64,000 nucleotides of DNA from an uncultured Acidaminococcales bacterium (GTDB lineage: Bacteria; Bacillota; Negativicutes; Acidaminococcales; Acidaminococcaceae), in the NCBI GenBank assembly GCA_964293585.1, contig CAXYYS010000001.1:5755-69754 (forward strand), given 5' to 3'. Positions 36,113 to 43,852 of the stretch are shown here, in pieces. A program made the translations under genes and the position numbers. Every line of letters starts with the position of its first letter. Position 1 is the first letter of the stretch. The notes below the pieces were generated by a model. That model was not told the origin of the DNA. It made no database searches and worked only from the letters and a program-made list of their open reading frames with translations.

Positions 36113-37000
36113 ATGGAAGAACGTTTGCAAAAAGTTTTAGCCGCCGCCGGAGTTGCTTCCCGGCGTGAAGCAGAGAAATTTGTTACCGGCGGGCGGGTCA
36201 AGGTGAACGGCAAGCTGGTTACGGAACTGGGCACCAAGGTCTCGGACCGGGATGTGATTACCGTGGATGGCAAGTCTATCCGGCGGGAAGAAAAGGTGTA
36301 CCGCCTTTTTTACAAACCCAGGGGCGTGGTCACAACCATGAAGGATCCGGAAGGCCGGACCTGTATCGCAGATTTTGTGCAGGATCTGCAGGCCCGGGTT
36401 TATCCCGTAGGCCGGCTGGATTATAATACGGAAGGCCTGCTCCTTTTAACTAACGATGGAGCACTGGCCCAGACTTTGACTCATCCCAGCCATGAATTTA
36501 CCAAGACCTACCAGGTGACGGTGCTGGGGCTGGTACCCCAGGAAAAACTGGACCAGCTGCGTCTGGGCGTGATGCTGGAAGATGGCATGACGGCACCGGC
36601 AGTAGTAACCTTACTGGGTTATGACAATGAGCGGGGCCTGACTAATTTTGAGATTACCATCCATGAAGGCCGGAACCGGCAGGTTCGCCGGATGTGTGAC
36701 TTTTTGGGTTATCCGGTTCGCAAACTGATGCGTACCAGGATGGGTCCCCTGACTTTACAGGGGATGCGCCGGGGTGATTCCCGGGAGCTGGATGAGTTTG
36801 AGGTTACCACCTTGCTGGAAGCAGCGGGGTTGTCCTGCGATTACGCAGAGGTCAAACCGGAACCCAGGCCGGCGGACCGGAGCGGCCGGGTGCCGGGCAA
36901 GAAACCTCAGGCGCCGGCGGCAACCTTTAAGAAAGCAGGTGCTAGTAATGATGACCACAGGGTTCGTAGTAGCCATAGACGGTCCGGCGGGCGCAGGTAA
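36113..37000 (+). CDS. rluB: Pseudouridine synthase (RluB/RsuA family) with an S4 domain and a basic C-terminal tail
   Basis: S4 domain (RLQKVLA.AGVASRREAE); catalytic region VYPVGRLDYNTEGLLLLTNDG. Confidence 0.88.
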   Translation: MEERLQKVLAAAGVASRREAEKFVTGGRVKVNGKLVTELGTKVSDRDVITVDGKSIRREEKVYRLFYKPRGVVTTMKDPEGRTCIADFVQDLQARVYPVGRLDYNTEGLLLLTNDGALAQTLTHPSHEFTKTYQVTVLGLVPQEKLDQLRLGVMLEDGMTAPAVVTLLGYDNERGLTNFEITIHEGRNRQVRRMCDFLGYPVRKLMRTRMGPLTLQGMRRGDSRELDEFEVTTLLEAAGLSCDYAEVKPEPRPADRSGRVPGKKPQAPAATFKKAGASNDDHRVRSSHRRSGGRR

Positions 37001-37619
37001 GAGCACAGTCGCCAGGCTGGTGGCCGAGGAACTGGGTTACGCCTATATTGATACCGGGGCCATGTACCGGGCGGGAACTTTGAAAATGATTAATTCCGGG
37101 ACACCTTTTTCACCGGAAGCGGTGGGACGGATTGCCAGGAATATACATATTTCTTTTAAACCGGATGGAAAGGTGAACCGGGTTTTTGCCGATGGCCTGG
37201 AAATTACGGAAGCTATCCGCAGTACTGCCGTTACGGATGCCGTTTCCAAGGTAGCAGCCCTGGGCGCGGTCCGGGAAGCCATGGTTGCCCAACAGCGGCG
37301 CCTGGGCCAGGAAGGTAATGTGGTGCTGGACGGCCGGGATATAGGTACGGTGGTTTTCCCTCAGGCCGGGTGCAAGATTTTTTTAACAGCCAGCGTGGCT
37401 GAACGGGCCCGCCGCCGTTACGAGGAACTGAAGGCCAAGGGGCAGCCGGTGGACCTGGAACAGATTAAGCACGATATTGAGGTGCGTGATAAAAAAGATT
37501 CCGAACGGGCCCTGGCACCGCTGAAACAAGCGGAAGACGCCGTCCTGGTTGACACCTCTGCCATGACTGTCACGCAGGTAGTGGCGGCAATCTTAAAGCT
37601 GGTAAGGGAGCGGCAATAA
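36948..37619 (+). CDS. cmk: Cytidylate kinase
   Basis: Motifs VVAIDGPAGAGKST, YIDTGAMYR and DGRDIGT. ATG 36948/36951; overlaps the last 53 nt of rluB in another frame. Confidence 0.92.
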   Translation: MMTTGFVVAIDGPAGAGKSTVARLVAEELGYAYIDTGAMYRAGTLKMINSGTPFSPEAVGRIARNIHISFKPDGKVNRVFADGLEITEAIRSTAVTDAVSKVAALGAVREAMVAQQRRLGQEGNVVLDGRDIGTVVFPQAGCKIFLTASVAERARRRYEELKAKGQPVDLEQIKHDIEVRDKKDSERALAPLKQAEDAVLVDTSAMTVTQVVAAILKLVRERQ

Positions 37620-38215
37620 TGCTGTACACGTTTTGCTGGTATCTCTTTAATATTATTTTTAAGTTTTGGCTGCGCTGGGATATTTGCGGTCTGGAAAATA
37701 TACCGGCCACGGGACCGGTGGTCCTGGCCAGTAATCATTTAAGCTTGCTGGACCCGCCGGTGGTGGGTACGGCTGCTAACCGTAAAGTTAATTTCATGGC
37801 GAAGTCGGAACTGTTCGAACCACCTATCTTCGGCCCGGCTATCCGCCGGATGGGAGCTTTTCCCGTCCACAGGGGGGCCGCAGACCGGCAGGCTATTAAA
37901 ACGGCCATCGGCCTTTTACAAAAAGGTGAGATTGTCGGTGTGTTCCCGGAAGGTACCCGCAGTAAGACGGGCGACCTGGGACGCGTAGGGGAAGGCGCTT
38001 TTATGATGGCAGCCTGGACCAGGGCGGCCATCGTACCGGTACTGATTACCGGCACGGATTTTAAACGTCATCCCGGCTGGCCCAAGGTGCAGATTGCCTT
38101 TGGTAAACCTCTGGCTTATAATACCACGGCTAAACCCAGCAAAGAAAATCTGGCAGTGATTACCAGGACCTGGGTGCAGGCTATGCATGAGTTGGAAGCC
38201 CAATATAAAAAATAA
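37619..38215 (+). CDS. plsC: 1-acyl-sn-glycerol-3-phosphate acyltransferase
   Basis: Acyltransferase motifs NHLSLLDP and FPEGTRS. The start overlaps the cmk stop (TAATG). Confidence 0.88.
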   Translation: MLYTFCWYLFNIIFKFWLRWDICGLENIPATGPVVLASNHLSLLDPPVVGTAANRKVNFMAKSELFEPPIFGPAIRRMGAFPVHRGAADRQAIKTAIGLLQKGEIVGVFPEGTRSKTGDLGRVGEGAFMMAAWTRAAIVPVLITGTDFKRHPGWPKVQIAFGKPLAYNTTAKPSKENLAVITRTWVQAMHELEAQYKK

Positions 38216-38258
38216 GCCGGGACTTTAGACGTCCGGCAGGAAGTTGGTTTATCCGCGT

Positions 38259-40367
38259 ATGGAAGTATTAGTTGCCCAACCCTGCGGTTTCTGTTACGGC
38301 GTGAAACGAGCGGTGGCCCTTGCTGAAAAAGCAGCGGCAGACCAGGTGCAGGGCGGTACTTATGGGCCCTTGATCCATAACCCGCAATTCATAGAGGCTT
38401 TAACCCAAAAAGGTATTCCCTGTAAAGACAGCCTGGAAGCTTTCAGACCCGGAGAAACAGTGATCATTCGTTCTCATGGGGTAGGGCCTGAAGTTTACGC
38501 AAAAGCCCGCTCTTTACAGTTAAACATTCTGGACGCTACCTGTCCCAATGTGCGCCTGGCGCAGCAAAAAGCCCATCAGGCAGCTTTAGATGGTTTTTTA
38601 CCCATCATCATCGGTGAAAAAAATCATCCGGAAGTAAAAAGTATTTTAGAATGGGCAGGAAAAACAGGTATCGTTGTAGAATATAATAAGGATATCTCAA
38701 TGATACCCACCACAGGCAGGTATGCGGTAATCATCCAGACGACCTTCGAACTGGCAAGGTTTGAAGAACTTCTGGCACTGATAAAGCAGACTCATCCCGG
38801 TGAGTATCGAGTAGAACGTACCATCTGTTTAGCTACGTCCCAGAGGCAGGAAGCCGCGGTTGAACTGGCAAAGCTGGTTGATGCGTTCGTCGTCATTGGT
38901 GGCAGGAATAGTGCTAATACCCGGCACTTGTTCCAACTGGTAAGTGAGCATTGTTCTAAGTGTTACCAGGTAGAAACTGCTAATGAGCTGAATCCCACAG
39001 TATTCCAGGGGTGCAAGAAAATCGGCATTACGGCCGGAGCCTCGACTCCGGACCGGCTAATTAAGGAGGCTGTAAGTGTGATGGAAGAGATTAAAGAAAA
39101 GTCTGAGTTTGAAAAGATGCTGGATGCGAGCATGGAGGATGTGAATGTATTCCCCGGCAAGCTCGTTAAAGGCAAAGTTATTATGAAAGATAAAGATGGT
39201 GCCTATGTTAATTTCGGTTACATGCGCGAAGGCATGATCAACTGGAGAGACTGGACTGCCAGCGAAGATACAGACGCCACCGCGGCTTCCGTTAATATCG
39301 GCGATGAAGTTGAAGCTGTTGTAGTTCCCGGTACCGCTAAGGAAGAATTTGTACGTTTGAGCAAGATCAGAGCTGAAAAAGAAGCTGCCTGGAAATTTGT
39401 GCAGCCTCTGGCTGAAGGCGAAAAGCGTCCCTGCACTGTTAAGGTGCTGCGCGTGATTAAGAGCCGCGGCAAAGACCGTGAGGCTCCCAAGCGTGTGGTT
39501 GGTCTGGGCGTTGCTGTGGAAGGCGTGGAAGGTTTCATGCCTGCTTCTCATGTAGAGCTGCGTCATATCGAAGACTTTACGCCGTATGTTGGCCAGGAAC
39601 TGCAAGCTGAGATTATCGAAGTAGATGTGGAGAAGAAACGTATCGTCGTTTCCCGCCGCGACCTGCTGAAGGCCGAGAAGGAAAATAAGCACCAGGAATG
39701 GTTAGCTAACCGTGAATCCCGCATCGCTGCTGCTAAAGAAGCCCGTGCTGCCCGCGAAGAAGCTGCTTATGCTTCCGTAGCTGAAGGCCAGGTTTATGAA
39801 GGCAAGGTTGTAAAGGTTGCCGACTTCGGCCTGTTCGTAGAAATTGGCGACGGTCTGGTGGGTCTGGTACATAACAGCGAGCTTTCCTACGACCGCAGCA
39901 AGAAAGCTGCAGACGTGGCTAAGGAAGGCGATACCGTGAAGGTCTTCGTCAAGAAGATTGACCAGGAGAACCACCGTGTGTCCTTGTCCATCAAGGCTAC
40001 GCAGGAAGATCCCTGGGTAGCAGCTGCTGCCGGCTTTGAAGAAGGCCAGCTGGTAGAAGGTACCGTAGACAGGTTCCTGCCTTTCGGTGCTTTAGTAAAA
40101 TTGAATGATACCGTAGAAGGTATGATCCACGTTTCTGAGATTAGCGAAGAACGCGTAGAGAAGCCCGAAGATGTGCTGAAGACCGGCCAGGTTGTGAAAG
40201 TGAAGATCATTAAGGTGGACAGAAGCCACCGTAAGATCGGCCTTTCCATTACCAAGGCTAAGGAAGATGCAGCTCAGGCCGAATACAATTCTTATATCTC
40301 GGAAGAGAAACCGGCCCTGTCCAACAATAACATGAAGGAACAGCTGGAAGAATTAAAGAAGAACTAA
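38259..40367 (+). CDS. ispH: Fusion protein: 4-hydroxy-3-methylbut-2-enyl diphosphate reductase (IspH/LytB) fused to four S1 RNA-binding domains (start 38259 ATG or 38244 TTG)
   Basis: N-terminal ~285 aa carry the IspH Cys motifs (GFCYGV, DATCPNV, TICLAT, ITAGASTP). The C-terminal ~420 aa contain repeated S1 folds (G..V.G.V....G..V..G...G.I). Single uninterrupted ORF. Confidence 0.88.
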   Translation: MEVLVAQPCGFCYGVKRAVALAEKAAADQVQGGTYGPLIHNPQFIEALTQKGIPCKDSLEAFRPGETVIIRSHGVGPEVYAKARSLQLNILDATCPNVRLAQQKAHQAALDGFLPIIIGEKNHPEVKSILEWAGKTGIVVEYNKDISMIPTTGRYAVIIQTTFELARFEELLALIKQTHPGEYRVERTICLATSQRQEAAVELAKLVDAFVVIGGRNSANTRHLFQLVSEHCSKCYQVETANELNPTVFQGCKKIGITAGASTPDRLIKEAVSVMEEIKEKSEFEKMLDASMEDVNVFPGKLVKGKVIMKDKDGAYVNFGYMREGMINWRDWTASEDTDATAASVNIGDEVEAVVVPGTAKEEFVRLSKIRAEKEAAWKFVQPLAEGEKRPCTVKVLRVIKSRGKDREAPKRVVGLGVAVEGVEGFMPASHVELRHIEDFTPYVGQELQAEIIEVDVEKKRIVVSRRDLLKAEKENKHQEWLANRESRIAAAKEARAAREEAAYASVAEGQVYEGKVVKVADFGLFVEIGDGLVGLVHNSELSYDRSKKAADVAKEGDTVKVFVKKIDQENHRVSLSIKATQEDPWVAAAAGFEEGQLVEGTVDRFLPFGALVKLNDTVEGMIHVSEISEERVEKPEDVLKTGQVVKVKIIKVDRSHRKIGLSITKAKEDAAQAEYNSYISEEKPALSNNNMKEQLEELKKN

Positions 40368-40376
40368 GTTTTAGAC

Positions 40377-40410
40377 GGGGGCGTTGTGCACAGCAGCGCC
40401 CTCTTTTTTT
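40377..40410 (+). terminator. Intrinsic terminator after ispH-S1
   Basis: GGGCGTTG...CAGCGCCC stem followed by TCTTTTTTT. Confidence 0.75.
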
Positions 40411-40435
40411 ACAGTAACGGAAGCAGGTGCAGCAG

Positions 40436-41515
40436 ATGAAAACAAGGGAACAGAGAAAGCTGGAACATCTTCACTACGCCCTTACCCTGGGCGACAGCAA
40501 ACAGAGCGCCGGTTTTGAGGATGTACAGTTCCTGCATGATTGTTTAAGTCAGGTGAATCCCGACCGGGTGGACCTTACCACCAGGGTGGCGGGTATTAAA
40601 CTGGAAAGCCCGCTGTTTATTGACGCTATTACCGGTGGTGCCGATGCGGTGACCACGATTAATAAACAGCTGGCCCGGGTGGCGGCCCGGACCGGGATAG
40701 CCATGGCTGTGGGCAGCCAGTACGGGGCGGTACGGGACCGGAGCTCGCAAAAAAGTTTCGCCGTAGTCCGCAAGGAGAATCCCGACGGGGTAATCTTTGC
40801 CAATGTCAGCGCCCTGGCTACGCCGGCAGAGGTAGAACAGGCGGTAGCGATGCTGAACGCAGCCGCGGTAGAAATCCATCTGAATGTGGCCCAGGAATTA
40901 TTCATGCCCGAAGGCGATCATGACTTTGCGGCTTTATGGACTAATTTGCAGCGCTTGCGGGAACAGGTTACGGTGCCTATTATCGTTAAGGAAACGGGGT
41001 GCGGCATGGCGGCTGCTCAAATCCAGCAGTTACAGGCAGCCGGTTTTAACTGCCTGAATGTGGCCGGTGCCGGTGGCACCAGTTTTGCCGCTATTGAAAC
41101 TGCCCGGAGCGGCGATGTAAGACGGCGCCGTTTTGCCAACTGGGGTATTCCTACAGTCTGGAGCTTGTTAGAAGCACGCCGGGTAGTGGCTACGGGTACG
41201 TCCATCCTGGCCACGGGCGGTATCCGGGATGGCTGGCAGGCAGCCAAAGCCCTGGCGTTAGGCGCTGCTGCCGTGGGTATGGCCGGTAACATCCTGGCCT
41301 TGCTGGAGCCGCCGGAAGGTTTAGCGGCAGGCAGCAGTAACGAAATTAATGCGGTAGAACGTACGATTACCACGGTTGAAGAGATGCTGGCGGATCTTGA
41401 GGACATCATGGTCCTGACCGGTGCCGCCACCATTAAAGATTTACAGCAGGTACGCCTGATCTTTACTGGACGCACCCTGGCCTATTTACAAAACAGGAGC
41501 CTGGAACATGCATAA
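40436..41515 (+). CDS. fni: Type 2 (FMN-dependent) isopentenyl-diphosphate delta-isomerase
   Basis: Motifs RKLEHL, MAVGSQ, VKETG.G and GGIR.G.D.AKALALGA, typical of IDI-2. Confidence 0.88.
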   Translation: MKTREQRKLEHLHYALTLGDSKQSAGFEDVQFLHDCLSQVNPDRVDLTTRVAGIKLESPLFIDAITGGADAVTTINKQLARVAARTGIAMAVGSQYGAVRDRSSQKSFAVVRKENPDGVIFANVSALATPAEVEQAVAMLNAAAVEIHLNVAQELFMPEGDHDFAALWTNLQRLREQVTVPIIVKETGCGMAAAQIQQLQAAGFNCLNVAGAGGTSFAAIETARSGDVRRRRFANWGIPTVWSLLEARRVVATGTSILATGGIRDGWQAAKALALGAAAVGMAGNILALLEPPEGLAAGSSNEINAVERTITTVEEMLADLEDIMVLTGAATIKDLQQVRLIFTGRTLAYLQNRSLEHA

Positions 41516-42560
41516 TTTTGCCTTACCGCTTTTTTTGCAAGTGAAACGCAATGCCGTGGGGCAATTGCGGGAGAACTTAAAATTATATCTGCCGGAACTG
41601 GTGCAGCGCCGGTTTCTGGTGCTGACCACGGCCGGTCTCTTACAAACGCTGGCGCCCAAGGTAAAAATTTTGCTGGCACAAATACCTGACTACCAGGTGG
41701 AGACGGTGGCCGCCAGTTCTTTCGATTTTGCGGTCCAGGTGGCCAAGCAGGTAAGCATGGGCGGATTTGGCGCCGTGCTGGGACTGGGTGGCGGCACCGC
41801 TTTGGATACGGCCAAATATGCTGCCTATGTGGCAGGGGTTCCTTACATCGCCATTCCTACCACGCTGAGCAACGATGGCGTTTGTTCGCCGGTCAGCGTT
41901 CTGTTTGCAGAGGGCGGGCGTAAACATAGTTTTACCAGTAAGATTCCCGACGGCTTGTTAATAGACACCGATATCATCTTAAAGGCGCCCCGGGTGCTTA
42001 TGGAAGCCGGAGTGGGCGATATCCTGAGCAATTATACGGCTTTGTTTGACTGGCGGCTGGCCTGCCGGGAAAATGGCGAACGTCCTAACGATTTTGCCTA
42101 TCTCTTAAGCGCGCAGGCCGTGGATGCCTTGCTGCATTCCCGGGTACAGACTTTTGAAAGCATCGAGGGCGTCAAGATGCTGGCCGAAGCTCTGGTCCTG
42201 GGAGGACTCAGCATGTCTATCGCCGGGAATTCCCGTCCCTGCAGCGGCAGTGATCATTTGTTCTGCCACGCCCTGGACGAACTTTACGATCACCACCTGC
42301 CCCATGGCATCGTGGTGGCAATCGGAACTATCGGCGCCTGCATCCTGCAGGGTCGTCCGTACCAGCCGCTGGTAGCTTTTTTAAAGGCCTACGGTATTGA
42401 TATTAATCCGGAGCACAGAGGCATCACCAGGGAGATGTTTATCAAAGCCTGGCTATATGCGCCGACCGTGCGGAAAGAACGTTATACGATCCTGAATAAA
42501 ACTCGGTTGACGGCAGCAAAATTTAATAAGATTTATGATGTGATGTTAAGTGAATGTTAA
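41508..42560 (+). CDS. sn-glycerol-1-phosphate dehydrogenase-like enzyme (AraM/EgsA branch of the iron-containing ADH / glycerol dehydrogenase superfamily)
   Basis: Motifs GLGGGTALDTAKYAA, PTTLSNDGVCSP and SGSDHLFCHALD ... LPHG (metal ligands). ~350 aa. The start overlaps the idi2 stop by 8 nt (ATGCATAA). Confidence 0.6.
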   Translation: MHNFALPLFLQVKRNAVGQLRENLKLYLPELVQRRFLVLTTAGLLQTLAPKVKILLAQIPDYQVETVAASSFDFAVQVAKQVSMGGFGAVLGLGGGTALDTAKYAAYVAGVPYIAIPTTLSNDGVCSPVSVLFAEGGRKHSFTSKIPDGLLIDTDIILKAPRVLMEAGVGDILSNYTALFDWRLACRENGERPNDFAYLLSAQAVDALLHSRVQTFESIEGVKMLAEALVLGGLSMSIAGNSRPCSGSDHLFCHALDELYDHHLPHGIVVAIGTIGACILQGRPYQPLVAFLKAYGIDINPEHRGITREMFIKAWLYAPTVRKERYTILNKTRLTAAKFNKIYDVMLSEC

Positions 42561-42572
42561 GGAGGAGGGTTT

Positions 42573-42998
42573 ATGGAATTTTTAAAGGTGGATGAACGGC
42601 ATTATCTGGTGCGCCTGGTACGGGGTGAGGAAATCGTGGCGTCTTTAAAGACCCTGGCCCTGCAGGAAAAGATTAAGCTGGCCATGGTCCAGGGATTGGG
42701 TGCTATTAATGACCTGACCGTGGGCGTCTTCGATACGGCGACCAAGGAATACAAGGCTAACCATTTTACCGGTGCTTTTGAGATGTTATCCCTGACAGGA
42801 ACTATCGACACTATGGACGGCGCATTCTACAGCCATTACCATATTGCCGTAGGCGATAAGGACGGGCATGCCTGGGGCGGACATTTGAACGCCGCCTATA
42901 TCAGTGCTACCTGTGAATTGATCCTGACCATCCTGCCCGGACAGATCGACAGGTTTAAGGATCCCCAGGTGGGCTTGAACTTGTGGAAGCTGCACTAA
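42573..42998 (+). CDS. PPC (DUF296) domain protein
   Basis: Matches the PPC/DUF296 pattern: Y.VRL..GEEI...L...A.......A.V.G.GA......G.FD.....Y....F.G..E.LSL.G.I ... HLH. Confidence 0.65.
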   Translation: MEFLKVDERHYLVRLVRGEEIVASLKTLALQEKIKLAMVQGLGAINDLTVGVFDTATKEYKANHFTGAFEMLSLTGTIDTMDGAFYSHYHIAVGDKDGHAWGGHLNAAYISATCELILTILPGQIDRFKDPQVGLNLWKLH

Positions 42999-43064
42999 AC
43001 ACGTCAGTTAAGTGTGACGCCGGTTTGAAAGCCGGTTCTCTAAAAAAATAGTGTGTCTCATTAA

Positions 43065-43099
43065 AACACCCCGCTCAGCAGTAGCTGCAGCGGGGTGTT
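43065..43099 (-). terminator. Intrinsic terminator of the minus-strand lipase operon
   Basis: AACACCCCGCT / AGCGGGGTGTT 11-bp stem. The U-tract is on the minus-strand side (TTTTAA). Confidence 0.75.
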
Positions 43100-43102
43100 G
43101 TG

Positions 43103-43852
43103 TCAGGACTTATGTTTGTGTTCGTGGTACAGGTAAAGGGCAAAGAGCAAGACCAAGATGATGCCGCCGCCGTAAGCAGCTTTTTGTGCCAGGGGACTGA
43201 GAGGTTTGCCTCCTTGAGCTTCACGCATCTGTTGCATCTGTACTTCCGGTTCCGGCAGCAGATAGATGATATTGTCCACTACTTTTTTGGTATCTGCATC
43301 AATGAGGGGCTTTTTATCTTTGGTACCGCTGCCGCAGACCAGGATTACTGTCTGGTCGCGGATCGTACCGATGATATGTACGTATAAACCGGCGCCATAG
43401 GTACCGTCAGCAATGGCATACCAGGCTGCTTTTGTATTATAACGGGAGATGTCGCCGACTTTGATATTGTAACGTTCCCACATGTTCTGCTTAAAAGAAT
43501 TAATATAAGACAAATTACTGAACAAGTTTTCGTGCAGACGCAGGTCAAAGATGTCCAGGGTATAAGAGTTCACGGCGGTATAGATTTTAATCTCGGTGCC
43601 GGTCTTAGGATTATAGGCATCCAGGTCCGGATCGGGTACGGTAGTATAAGGCGGCAGCTGTTTATGGAAAGCTGCCAGCTCATCCAGGGAGTTTTGGGTG
43701 GCGGCGTCCGGCTGGACCACGATATAGCCTTCAGGGAAAGAAGTCTTGGTATCCGTGCCGGGAATCAGCAGGGGCCCGGCGGCATTGGCCGAGACCAGCC
43801 CCTGGCCACTAAACATCAGCAGTAAGGCTAAGACCCAGAAAAATTTTTTCAT
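43103..43852 (-). CDS. Hypothetical exported protein with an N-terminal signal peptide and a C-terminal TM anchor
   Basis: Signal MKKFFWVLALLLMFSGQGLVSANA/AG. C-terminal GGGIILVLLFALYLY followed by HEHKHKS. The start overlaps the lipase stop (TAATG). Confidence 0.6.
   Translation of the reverse strand: MKKFFWVLALLLMFSGQGLVSANAAGPLLIPGTDTKTSFPEGYIVVQPDAATQNSLDELAAFHKQLPPYTTVPDPDLDAYNPKTGTEIKIYTAVNSYTLDIFDLRLHENLFSNLSYINSFKQNMWERYNIKVGDISRYNTKAAWYAIADGTYGAGLYVHIIGTIRDQTVILVCGSGTKDKKPLIDADTKKVVDNIIYLLPEPEVQMQQMREAQGGKPLSPLAQKAAYGGGIILVLLFALYLYHEHKHKS

Noticed and set aside
39057-39692. A 211-aa minus-strand ORF inside the S1-domain region. Similar antisense ORFs occur in codY (32346-32936), metK (56888-57469) and rny (18359-18946).
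   Set aside because: All are embedded antisense to genes with unmistakable family motifs. None has an SD-start arrangement, and their translations show no family resemblance.
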